A stretch of DNA of 64,000 nucleotides from the human T2T-CHM13v2.0 reference genome, Homo sapiens: NCBI RefSeq assembly GCF_009914755.1, contig NC_060939.1; one strand, written 5' to 3'. Below are positions 41,804 through 52,490 of this stretch, one piece after another. Made by a program: the position numbers and the translations under genes. How positions within the stretch are numbered: position 1 is the stretch's first letter; every line of letters starts with the position of its first letter. Below the pieces are notes generated by a model that was given only the letters and a program-made list of their open reading frames with translations, was not told where the DNA came from and ran no database searches.

Positions 41804-42284
41804 TGTTGACCTAAAAGGGAGAAACTAAGGTAACATTAATGTAAATAGAGAGTTTATTTGGTCCAGGCTTGAGGACTACAACCCAGGATCGTAGATTCAA
41901 TTGCTCTGAATATATACTTCCATAAGCAGCAGTTACAAGTGAATTTCTGAAGGAAAAGAAGAGGTAGTTCCTAAATTGTTTACCAAGAATTTACATGAAA
42001 ATAGCATAAGCTATTGATATCAAAGGTCCTCTGTTTTGTCTATTGCTTTGATTAGCAGCAGTTACAAGTGAATTTTTGATGATTGATTGGTTATACATTG
42101 TTCTTTTGATTATGAATTCCAGGACATGAAGATAATGGGTGAGGCAGTTAGTCAGAAATTCCTCTAAACAATTGCCCTAGGCATGGGTGTGGAGGTAGGC
42201 ATGACCGAAGTCCCATACTCAGGGCTCTCTGGGCCTTCATACCTCGCAAAGCTCAGACCACTCTGAGTTATTTTTGTTTTCTCT
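41804..42284 (-). repeat. 5' LTR of the minus-strand provirus
   Basis: Aligns to 36686-37105 apart from a ~69-bp insertion. Confidence 0.88.
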
Positions 42285-42767
42285 GCCTCTTCTTTCCTCC
42301 CACACACAACTTCCAGGACCTCCCATTGGCTGAAACCACCTCAATGTCAATTGCCATGGGACCTGCACAATGCAGCCTACATTTTACTGTCCATTTTTAA
42401 AATCCCCTCTTCTATATTCTGAGAGACTCTCTTCCTGGAAAACAGAGTTTTCTAGCACTAACATTTTAGCTTAAACAATTTCCCCTTGGATGAAAGCAAC
42501 CCTTGGGGATAAAATGTTTTATTTAAACTCAGGGGGGCTTAGCAAGGAGGATGAAGGTCATGCATAGAATTACTGCTGTGCAGAGGGCTCAACTTGGTGG
42601 TTCTAAGTCTGAAGAATTAGGGACTTCAATTCAGACTGCAGCTGTGAGTGACTAAATCTTTCCTACTTGCTTTTTCCTCCTTGCTGTCTGACCACCCATG
42701 GCGCAGATACAATGGAAAAACACAACTCACTAGGTTCAAGTTCTGGCTCCAAGTCTATTCTATTATA

Positions 42768-42823
42768 TTTTGGCCATTACTTTTAATGGCAAAAGCCATA
42801 ATTACTTTTGTACTAACTTAATA
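42768..42823. mobile_element. Partial MADE1 (Hsmar1-derived MITE)
   Basis: GCCATTACTTTTAATGGCAAAAGCCATAATTACTTTTGTACTAACTTAATA matches the centre and one arm of MADE1. Confidence 0.85.
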
Positions 42824-43378
42824 CTATTCTCCTAGTAATACTAACAGTGAAACAGCCTTTGTAAAATTATGACCGAAGACAGTGAAAGAGATCTAACTTA
42901 ATCAACTCCATCTTGCTTTTAACCTCCAAGCTGTCCTTGTTTATTCCTGGGCTTAGGCTGAACTAACTTTGGGAGAAACTGAGTTCACAGTTTATAGTTT
43001 AAAGAAAGATGGTAAGGCTGTTTCCCAAAGCGATCTCCTTCTTGCCTGGGGACTAGATTGCCTTTGTAGGACTAACAGCCACAAGATTAGAAATTATGGT
43101 TTAGGAGTCATGCAGTTGGAGGCTACAAGAGTCTGACCCTCCTTAAACTGCTGTTAAGATCAATGCTTGAGATATTTTGCAGACCCTGCACTAGATGGAT
43201 CAGCTGGCACCACCCAGATCAATAAACTGGCTCATCTGATCTTGTTGCCCCCACCCGGAACTGACTTAGCACAAGACGAATGCTGCCACTCCCTATGACT
43301 TCATCCCTGACCAATCAGCACTCCTGGCTCACTAGCTTCCCCCCACCCACCAAGTTATCCTTAAAAACTCTGTTCCCA

Positions 43379-43674
43379 GGAGGGGCACGATGGCTCACAC
43401 CTGTAATTCCAGCACTTTGGGAGCCGAGGTGGGCGGCTCACCTGAGGTGGAGAGTTCGAGATCAGCCTGACCAACATGGAGAACCCCATCTCTACTAAAA
43501 AACATAAAAAAATTAGCCAGGCATGGTGGTGCATGCCTGTAATCCCAGCTACTTGAGAGACTGAGACGGGAGAATCGCTTGAACCCAGGAGGCAGAGGTT
43601 GCAGAGCCAAGATTGCATCTTGGGCAACAAGAGCAAAACTCCGGCTCATAAAAAAAAAAAAAAAAAAAAAAAAA
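43379..43674 (+). mobile_element. Alu (AluSp-like) in the 5' LTR8
   Basis: CCTGACCAACATGGAGAA and GCAACAAGAGCAAAACT diagnostics; small deletion in the right arm. Confidence 0.95.
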
Positions 43675-43690
43675 CCTCAGGTCCCAGCTG

Positions 43691-44004
43691 GGCCAGCGCA
43701 GTGGCTCACGCCTGTAATCCCAGCACTTTGGGAGGCCAAGGTAGGGGGATCATGAGGTCAGGAGTTCGAGACCAGCCTGACCAACATGGTGAAACCCCAT
43801 CTCTACTAAAAATACAAAAATTAGCCGGGTGTGGTGGCACGTGCCTGTAATCCCAGCTGCTCAGGAGGCTGAGTCAGGAGAATCGCTTGAACCCAGGAGG
43901 CAGAGGTTACAGTGAACTGAGATGGCGCCAGGGCACTCCAGCCTGAGCAACAGAGCGAGACTCCATCTACAAAAAAAAAACAAAAAACAAAAAAAAAAAA
44001 AAAA
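43691..44004 (+). mobile_element. Alu (AluSg-like) in tandem with the previous Alu
   Basis: GGATCATGAGGTCAGGAGTTCGAGACC; A-rich tail followed by CACTGTTCCC. Confidence 0.95.
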
Positions 44005-44173
44005 CACTGTTCCCTGAATGCTCAGGGAGACTGATTTGAGTAATAATAAAACTCCGGTCTCCTGCACAGCTGGCTCTGTGTGATTACCTTTTCTCTATTG
44101 CAATACTCCTGTCTTGATGAATCGGCTCTTTCTAGGCAGCAGGCAAGGTAAACACCGTGGATAGTTACAAATC

Positions 44174-44191
44174 TGGGGGCTCGTGTGGGAT
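44174..44191 (+). other. Primer-binding site complementary to the tRNA-Pro 3' end
   Basis: TGGGGGCTCGTGTGGGAT vs canonical TGGGGGCTCGTCCGGGAT (16/18), 4 nt after the LTR end. Confidence 0.9.
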
Positions 44192-44394
44192 TGTCCTTGT
44201 GGCTACCTGCCCATGGCTAGTGGCCCTCCTCCAATGACAGATCCAGAAGCCAGGTGGATCCATCCGGCTCGGGCTGGCTCTGGTACCCTCTCAACTGGCA
44301 GGGTGCTGCTGACCCAATGTGCGTGGATTTAATTGCAATGGAGAAATAGTTATGGGGAGACGTCCCTTAACTATAGTCCTATCATAGGATGACC

Positions 44395-44600
44395 GTCTGT
44401 AGCCCCACTGCAGGGTGTCTGGATTGGTGAGCATCCTAGATGCTGCCAATGCCTCCTTCCTTCTCCAGACTGGTTCTGTAGCCCTATGGTGTGGTGTCTG
44501 CAGCCCTATTGCGGAGTGTCTGTTTGTAGCTCCACCATGGGGTGTCTGCATCTGTAGCCCCATTGCAGGGTGTCTGTTCACCTCCTGCGGGGGTCTTGGT
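44395..44600 (+). repeat. Degenerate ~22-28-bp tandem units (TGTAGCCCCAYTGCAGGGTGTC) in the ERV leader
   Basis: At least 5 copies read directly. Confidence 0.8.
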
Positions 44601-47282
44601 TGGCTCCTTCTAACTAGTAGGAAGAGTGTTAGTGTGTGAAACTTCTCCTCAATCAGGAAGATTTCAAGGAAGTTTCTCAGTCGGAAAGCAAGAGGATAGT
44701 ATGTAAGAGATACTCCTGGAGTTCTTGGTTAGGGATCTGATTTGGAAGGCCTTCTGTCCATCTCATCTTTGTGTGTGTTTGTATACGTGGAAGGGATCTC
44801 AGAAGGGGTTGCTGATGGAAGTCCAGCAGGCCTAACTCAGAGAACCCTCCTCATTTGTCTGGTCACATTCGATGAGCCCTAAAGAAGGCTCAACAGGCCT
44901 GTCTCTTGGGGTGACTATCTGGTCTTCCCTTTGCCCTGAGACCTCCGAATTACCATTTGGAGGTTGTCCCTTCCATCTGGAGTGGATCAAAAGACAACAG
45001 GGACCAAGAAGAAAAAGTTTGAGCTTTGCCAGGTTAATATTGGGTGCTGAACGAATTAACTAATGTCTGTTTTGTTATGTGTATTTTGCTGAAATGGAAA
45101 GTGTTAATTCGGTTCCCCATGCAACCCGTTGGGCAGCATCTCGCAAATTGAGAATCTTTTCTATTATTCCATAAAACAGTAAAGGGTAATTTTCTCTTTT
45201 ACAGTGGCTGGAACCCCACAGCTATAGCACAAGTGAGCAGGGTCATCAAGAAGCCACTTTGTTCTTCTGGAAGCTGCAGAGAAGGGAACCCAGACACCTG
45301 CTATGCCAGCAAAAAGGTAAGGAATTCTTACCGGCCAAGTTTTGATCCCTCTCAAAATATAAGGCTCTGTTCTGTTTTGCGTTATCTGATGGTTTTGAGT
45401 TTTAGGGGTATCAGAAATTACTTCTCATTATAAGAGAGCTTTGGTAATAACTAGGTAGGAAATATACTTTAGGGGATGCCTAATAGTAGTTATGGAGGAA
45501 TACTTGACTCTGCACACTTGGATTAGACAGGCATGCTCTTGTGGCCATCTGGAAGATATGGAAACATCCCCACCCCTCACTGAAAAATAAGACTCCCCTG
45601 GGGGACGGTCTAATTACAATATGGGCTGATTGGCTTTGGGTTGCCTTGCAATGAAATGCACATTCGGTAAAAGCATGGCACTGTCTTCTCCTGAAGTATT
45701 TCCCTCCTTTTGGGGATCCAGGATCCAGTATAAAATGACACCCTTAATTTTGGGGATCTGTCTTTGCCTTCAAGTGTGATTAGGCCCTAGAAACACACGC
45801 TTTTCTGGCCCTGTTCTTCCAAGGGCTCCACCCTGAAGCCAGTAATCCAATTAAGAAATCTGCCAAATGAAAAATCTTACAAGTGCTGAATCTTCTGTCT
45901 GTGTATTTACATGTGTTGTATGTTTATATATAAAAGAGCTCTGATTAATTCACTTAGAAAAATAAGCACTTAAATATTTTGTCAGAAAAATCAAAAGTTT
46001 AATGCCTTTTTGTTCATGTGACTAATAATCTTTCAAAAATAAAGACAGTTTTAAAAATTATTGGTAAAATGTTGTGAAAATGTAAACAATTTGGTGTAAG
46101 GTCAGATATCAGATTTGTTAAATACTTTAAGGTCAAACTGTTTCCTTGACTTTTGAAAATTGTTCAATTTACCTACTTTAGAGCATTAGATTATGGAAGA
46201 GGCCTGAGAACATGTGAAGAGCCATGCCCCTAGCTATGCTGAAAAGAGACCTTTTCTTCATTTCTGTCTAATGTTCGAGGCTCCACCCCAGTACATAATT
46301 AAAACTGCTTATTTACCAGGTTTTTCACTAAAAATAAAAATTGCTAAGAGTTAACATTATAACAGGAAATTAAGATTACTGGAGAAACAGTTTTACATAC
46401 AAGGTGCATAGGTAATGTGTTTTTGGTAAAAGATTATAAGAAGTCATGGGATTATGGCTTTTGTTAAAGGGAATGTAATTTTGTCTAGTTCAGAAGGTTT
46501 TAAAGATTGTCCTAACCTAGAAGAGTAATGGAACAAAACTAAAGGTTTAAGCAAAGTAAAAAGGGTTTATAAAGGGTTGATCTTATAACAAAAAAATCTG
46601 TGGGTATAAACAAGTTGGCTAAGACTGGAAAAGAAATTATTTATGTTTTTTCCATAGGTTAAAACATTAAAGTCATACTGATGTGGGGCCAAAATCTGGG
46701 CCCAGGTTTTCGAAAAACAGGGTTTTCTTAGAAAATTGATCTGCTGTTTAATGGAAAATTATAAAAGGTTCTAAAAAGTTTATGAAAATCTTAACTTATG
46801 GTCCAACTAATTAAAGGTGGATAGAGATATAAAATTTTATTTAAAAAACTAGTTTTAACATTAAAGATACACTAATGCAAACATGAAATTTGGTTCTCTC
46901 TTGAAGATTTTTATGTAATTTTAAAAGATAATGACAGGGTCTTGCTTTCTCCTTTGGGTACGTGGCAGGGGATAAAGAGAGGAAAAAGAAAAGACAAATT
47001 GAGTTAGCTTCATGCTATCTTTATTGGGTCTTGTTTGGAAAGCTAAGTTTCCTCTATCAGAGTAAAGGTTTTCTTTTTTAAATTTTTAAAGTTATTTTGG
47101 CCAAATGAATGACTGCTGGTGACCTGGGATTCTATTTTGTGACATCCAGTGTTTTAAACCTTTGATATTTGACAAACTTTCCAAAATCAAATTATAAATT
47201 ATGTCTCTTTCTAGCCTAATCTTTTAAGTATTAGGTCCTTTTAAGTCCAAAAATGACATTTGGCTTATTTTGTATAAAAATC

Positions 47283-48235
47283 ATAGAGGAAACATTGTCA
47301 AATATGAAATGGTATTTGGCTTTCTTTGGACTGTATTTATATAAATGTATTATAGGTATATGTTCCAAAATTACATAAAACTCCTATAATTCTAATATGA
47401 CTTAGCATATATCATCAGTAATAATTATAATTATGTTAAATGGCTGTGTGCCACAGAGGTAACAAATTTCCTTGTCAATCATGTCTTTAACTGTGGCTGC
47501 CCTAAAATATTTTTGTTATCCACAGGCAACTGTTGTCTCACTTTGGGAGCCCAAGGCGAGCGGATCACGAGGTCAGGAGTTTGAGACCAGCCTGACCAAC
47601 ATGGTGAAACCCCGTCTCTACTAAAAATACAAAAATTAGCTGGGCGTGGTGGTGTGTGCCTATAATCCCAGCTACTCAGGAGGCTGAGTCAGGACAATCA
47701 CTTGCACCCGGGAGACAAAGGTTTCAGTGAGCTGAGATTGCGCCACTGCACTCCAGTCTGGGTGATAGAGCAAAACTCCATGTCAAAAAAAAAAAAGTTT
47801 CATAATCAGTTGTAAAATTTAACAGGTATTCTCAAGGGCAAAATTCTGATTAGTAACTCTAGAGATTGTGACATTAGAATAGAGGAAAAACTTTCAAATA
47901 TAAAAGTAAATGGTGTTTGGTTTTCATTGGAGTATTTGTATAAATATGTTATTAATGTGTTCAAAAAATTATGGGACACTTCTATAATTCTAATATGATT
48001 TAGTATACATTATTGTTAATTATAATTGTTATGTAAAATTGTTGTATGCCACAGAGGTAACCAAAATTCCTGTCAATTGTAGCTTTAATAGTGACAATAG
48101 ACATCTGTCATCCACAGACGTTTTGTCTTGCTTTGATCCTTTTCAAAAGGCAGTTTATAATCAGATATAGGAGTCTAAGTCCAAGTCTCAGATAACTTTA
48201 AAAGTTGTGCTATTGGAATAGAGAAGAAACGAAAC
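47283..48235 (+). repeat. Diverged internal tandem duplication (~340-bp period) of the HUERS-P1 internal region
   Basis: ATAGAGGAAA..TCAAATAT..AAATGGT.TTTGG...CTATAATTCTAATATGA.TTAG...TGCCACAGAGGTAAC...TCCACAG occurs at ~47283 and ~47879. Confidence 0.85.
47539..47796 (+). mobile_element. 5'-truncated Alu (AluSg-like), no TSD seen
   Basis: Starts at CACTTTGGGAG (about Alu position 35) and ends in a short A tail. Confidence 0.93.
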
Positions 48236-49394
48236 TTCCAGGACTCTCATGGAGAGCCGATGTGTTAAACATTGCTAATCCTTTTGTTTTCAGAGTCAAG
48301 ATAACTTATTTCTTTAGAGCTATTTGCAACTTTTAATGAGTAAACTATGTTGCTGTGAAAAAGATTTTTGGAGCATATTTGTTTCTCTCTACCTAATTTC
48401 TCCAGAATTTGGAAACTATTTGTTAGTATTCTCAATTTATAGTGGTATAGTTAATTGCATAAGTGCAATAAGAATCTGTTTTCTTTTGTAACACGACACA
48501 ATTAGAAAAATTGGTTATTTTACCAAGGCTTTGACTAGAATGGCATGCTTTATTTAAAGAATCGAAGTTGACTTATAGAGCCAATTAAAGCCTCTTAGGA
48601 AATCTGGCCTCATACCTTGTCCACACAGAGTCCCTGTACAAGGTTCCTGACCTGTGGTAAGTAAAGCATGTCACTTTCTAACAGGTCCAGGAGCCCCAAG
48701 TTATCTTGGGACCTCAAGAGGAGAGAAATTTACCCAACTCATAGGTAATTTAAGGGTACAGACCCATGGCTGGGCTCAGCTTTTAAAAAGTCTTGTCTGA
48801 GATTCCCTGCGGAACAGAGTTCCAACAAAGCCAATTAAATATGAAAAATAATTATTCCTGCTTACTTTATACAAACAATCAGGCAAGTACAATAAGACTA
48901 AAGTTTATTTTGTAATCAAATCAGTTCTATCATTTTTTTTAAATAGGAACTGGAGAGAAAAAAATATGCTAACCAAAAAAAAAAAAACCATAGTACACTC
49001 TTGTTAGCTGTTCGTAAGGTTTTTTTTTTTTCTGTGGTTTAGATTAAATTCTTTCTGGATTTGAAGTCCTCAAACTAATGCTTTCAAATCTTTGCTTTTA
49101 AAATTAAGAATTGTACTCCTCATTCTAGGACTTATTTACCTTACAGTATGCTGTTCACGTAAATACTGTACTAAAACTATAGCTGAAAGTACTAACGTGT
49201 TTACCACGCAAGCCTTGAAAGCCAAGCCATGTTGGCGTGAGCACACTCAGACAGTTGCAAAGCGGTCCCATTCTTCTCACCTTGGGGTTCACTCCCATTC
49301 CCACTATGTCCCGTCAGCAGAAGAAGCCAGAGTAATCAACGGCCTTTTCCCATCTTCATAGCCTACACCTTAAGATTAAGGTGTTATAAAACTC

Positions 49395-49405
49395 AAAGGG
49401 AAGAA
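49395..49405 (+). other. Polypurine tract
   Basis: AAAGGGAAGAA immediately before the TG of the 3' LTR. Confidence 0.75.
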
Positions 49406-49406
49406 T

Positions 49407-50088
49407 TGAAACTTTCTTCACTAAATTATGACTGAGACAGTGAAAAAGATCTAACTTAACTGACTCCATCTTGCTTTTAACCTCCAAGCTGTCCTTGTTC
49501 ATTCCTGAGCATGGGGTGAACCAACTTTTCAGAGAAACTTAGTTTATAGTTTAAACAAAGACTGTAACAGCCCTTTCCCAAAGCAGACGCCCTTCTTGCC
49601 TGGGGACTAGATTGCCTTTGTAGGACTAACATTAGCCACAAGATTAGAAATTATGGTTTAGGAGTCATGCAGCTGGAGGCTACAAGATTTTGACCCTCCC
49701 TAAACTGCTCCTAAGATCAATGCTTGAGATATTTTGCAGGCCCTGCACTTGATGGATCAGCTGGCACCACCCAGATGGGTAAACTGACTCACCTGATCTT
49801 GTGGCCCCCACACAGGAACTGACTCAGCACAAGACAGCTGCAACTCCCTATGATTTCATCTCTGACCAATCAGCACTCCTGGCTCACTGCTGTCCCCCCA
49901 CCCACCAAGTTATCCATAAAAACTCTGTTCCCCGAATGCTCGGGGAGACTGATTTGAATGATAACAAAACTCCAGTCTCCTGCACAGCCGGCTCTGCGTG
50001 AATTACTCTTTCTGTACTGCAATTCCCCTGTCTTGATGAATCGCCTCTGTCTAGGCATTGGGCAAGATAAACCCCTTGGGCAGTTATT
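49407..50088 (+). repeat. 3' LTR8
   Basis: TGAAACTTTCTTCACTAAATTATGACTGAGACAG ... GGGCAGTTA(TT); terminal CA mutated. Confidence 0.92.
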
Positions 50089-50089
50089 A

Positions 50090-50290
50090 TAACTACCAAT
50101 TATTGAGAATTTTCTATGTAAATTTCACTCTATGAGAAAGGTCCTACTATTATCTTCAAGTTATGAATGAAGAAACCGAAGCTCTGGGAAATTAAGCTAC
50201 TTTCCCAGTCCACAGAGCTAGTAAATGGTGGAACCAGGCTGTATTTGAACTCATTTCTCCCAGACTCCAAAGCAAAGCTACTACACGCTG
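50090..50290 (-). mobile_element. MIR
   Basis: CTATTATCTTCAAGTTATGAATGAAGAAACCGAAGCTC...CACAGAGCTAGTAAATGGTGGAACCAGG..TTTGAAC. Confidence 0.78.
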
Positions 50291-51619
50291 CTGCTTCACA
50301 TTCACTGTATTGTTTGAAGCAAGTCGCTGAAAATGTCTACTTTTTCATAAAATGAGGCTGATCCACATTGACTTTGTCTACTTTCACAAAGTGGCTGGGA
50401 TTCTCAAAGTAGATAATATGAGTGAAAATGTTTTGAAAACTCTTCAGGCTCTCTCACTTTATACGGTATTATTTCCACTTCTGCTTCTAGCAGGCGCTGT
50501 CTGGTTCCTAAGTCTCTCCATGTGGAGCTGAGCTACTATTTTTGGCCTTCCAAGCTGTTTTCGTTTTTCACCAGAATGCATGCTCCATTTGGGTAATGGT
50601 AACAGATGTGACAATGGGAACAAAACTCCTACCAGCCACATTCTAACCCAAACATCCCAGGAGCCACTTCCAGCACTCATCTCTTCACTTCCGCTCCGAG
50701 ACAGGGAAATGTGAGAATACAGGGCTCTGCTTCACCGTCTTTTACTAGCCTTGATCATTTCTGATAAGTGTTCCTGGTCATCACTTTTCCTTTCTACATC
50801 TTTGAGTTCTGGTGTGTTGTCCATATTATATTACTAAAGGTCCACAGGGGAAGAGTGATTTGACGAAGGTTAAGAAATAATTATAAGAAAATGTTTTGAC
50901 ATTACGTTAATGCCTGTCAGGGTATTATCCCCAATTTAAAGTTAATCACCAAAATTACATTGCAATTCCAAAAATGTAATGAAACAAGATTTGCTGAGGT
51001 GTGAATAATAAAGAATCAGAGCCGAGAGCTAAAAGAGAAATAAACTTGTTTAACCCTTTTCTAGTCTCCTGCCAAAGAGCAAAGAAATAGATGGCGATTT
51101 GGGCCATGTGGATCTTGGCAAAATTAATGGGTTCATAATCTGGAAGAAAACAAGAGGTCTTTGTCAGCACTAAAACACAACCAAGTATTGAGATAAAAAG
51201 TTGACATTTAAATCCAGGTCAAAAGCATTCCAAAAATCTGGATATTTGTCATTGTGTGGGCAAGATATTTAGACACTTGATAAATTGCTCAATTTTCCTC
51301 TAGAATTTTGGTGTCTTGCAGAGGTCTGGCTTTATGCTTCCAATGGGCTGTCAAGCTTTTCTGCTTGAATACCCAGCCATCACCTCAAAATCAAACCAAG
51401 TCTATCATATTTCCTTCAAAACCAATTTCCCTCTTTCTGTCACTGGAAACAGCATTTTCTCAGGCTCTGACACTTGGAATTCTACAGCCATCTTTGACCC
51501 TTTAAGTTTCATGCCACCCACACACATCCAGGCCAAAAATTCTTTCAAGCAGTCTTTTAGAAGTAAAGATGCCGACAGGAGTGTCCATTTTGCACGTGCT
51601 TTCTCCAAGACAAGCTCTC

Positions 51620-51810
51620 GCTATTAGGTGTTTTTCACACATTATCTTTTACCCTCAAAACAACTTTGCAGGATAGATCATATTACCCCATTTAAAAGAG
51701 GACAAAACTGACATTTGGGGTGCCAACTGGCCCAGTCACTCCTGCAGGAAGTCCTTGTAATTGAAGCAGGGATGCAATTCCAGGTCTGTCTGCTCCAAAG
51801 CCACACACAG
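51620..51810 (-). mobile_element. MIR
   Basis: TATTACCCCATTTAAAAGAGGACAAAACTGA...CCAGGTCTGTCTGCTCCAAAGCC. Confidence 0.7.
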
Positions 51811-52029
51811 CATCAGCATGCCCACCTCACAGGTGGTAGTGCAAATCCACTGAGTGACTGGAAGAGGGCCTGGCACACAACAAGTACTTGGTAATTGCTG
51901 CCACCTGATCTCTCTTCTAGGCCACACTCCCCCGTGCCTGCCTTGATTCCCCCTGTCACTACCCTTATCCTGCCACACAAATTTATGGCCCAGACGGCGG
52001 CCACGCCCAGCTATCTGACAGTTCCAGAT

Positions 52030-52490
52030 TCTCTTTTCTCTATCCTGAACACAGCTGCTGCATTTATCTTCTCAAACATATCTTGGTCGTGTTGAGAAGA
52101 TTGTGCTGCACTCTAGTTTACAACCCTTTGATGGCTCCTCACTTTCCTTAGGAGACATTTCAAACTGAGCCTGCCTTTCAGAGCCCTTTGGAATTACCAT
52201 CTTCCATCCTCATCACCATCACCTTATGAGAACTCTTGACTTCCATAAGGTAGGTGTGTTTCCTGGACTCAAGTTGGCCTCTCTGAATGGCATGAAGAGA
52301 TTCTTCTGCTGTGAATGCCCCTTAACCTCCACTTTAGTCTTCCATTTCACTAAGTCCCTATTCAAATGACCCCTTCTCCAGGAAGTTCTCAAGGACCACC
52401 CCAGCCCACTCTATGAGCATTTCCCCTCCCTGACCTCTCATGGTGCTTATCTGCCTTACACATATGGCATTAATCAAACCCTGCCTTAGA
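52030..52490 (+). mobile_element. L2 remnant
   Basis: AACCCTTTGATGGCTCCTCACT...TTCAAATGACCCCTTCTCCAGGAAGTTCTC. Confidence 0.6.

Larger units (their letters stand above)
42848..44169 (+). repeat. 5' LTR8 (interrupted by two Alus at 43379-44004)
   Basis: TGAAACAGCCTTTGTAAAATTATGAC ... GGATAGTTACA. Confidence 0.93.
42848..50088 (+). mobile_element. LTR8/HUERS-P1 non-autonomous ERV1 provirus
   Basis: Two LTR8 copies, tRNA-Pro PBS right after the 5' LTR, PPT before the 3' LTR, AT-rich MER4-type internal region with no gag/pol ORF in the ORF track. Confidence 0.9.

Noticed and set aside
41404-44600. Short tandem units as a CRISPR-like array
   Set aside because: Eukaryotic ERV leader repeats; no unique spacers and no cas genes
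50083-50095. TSD for the LTR8 provirus
   Set aside because: Terminal CA is mutated and the flanks (ACAG vs ATAA/TTAT) do not match convincingly
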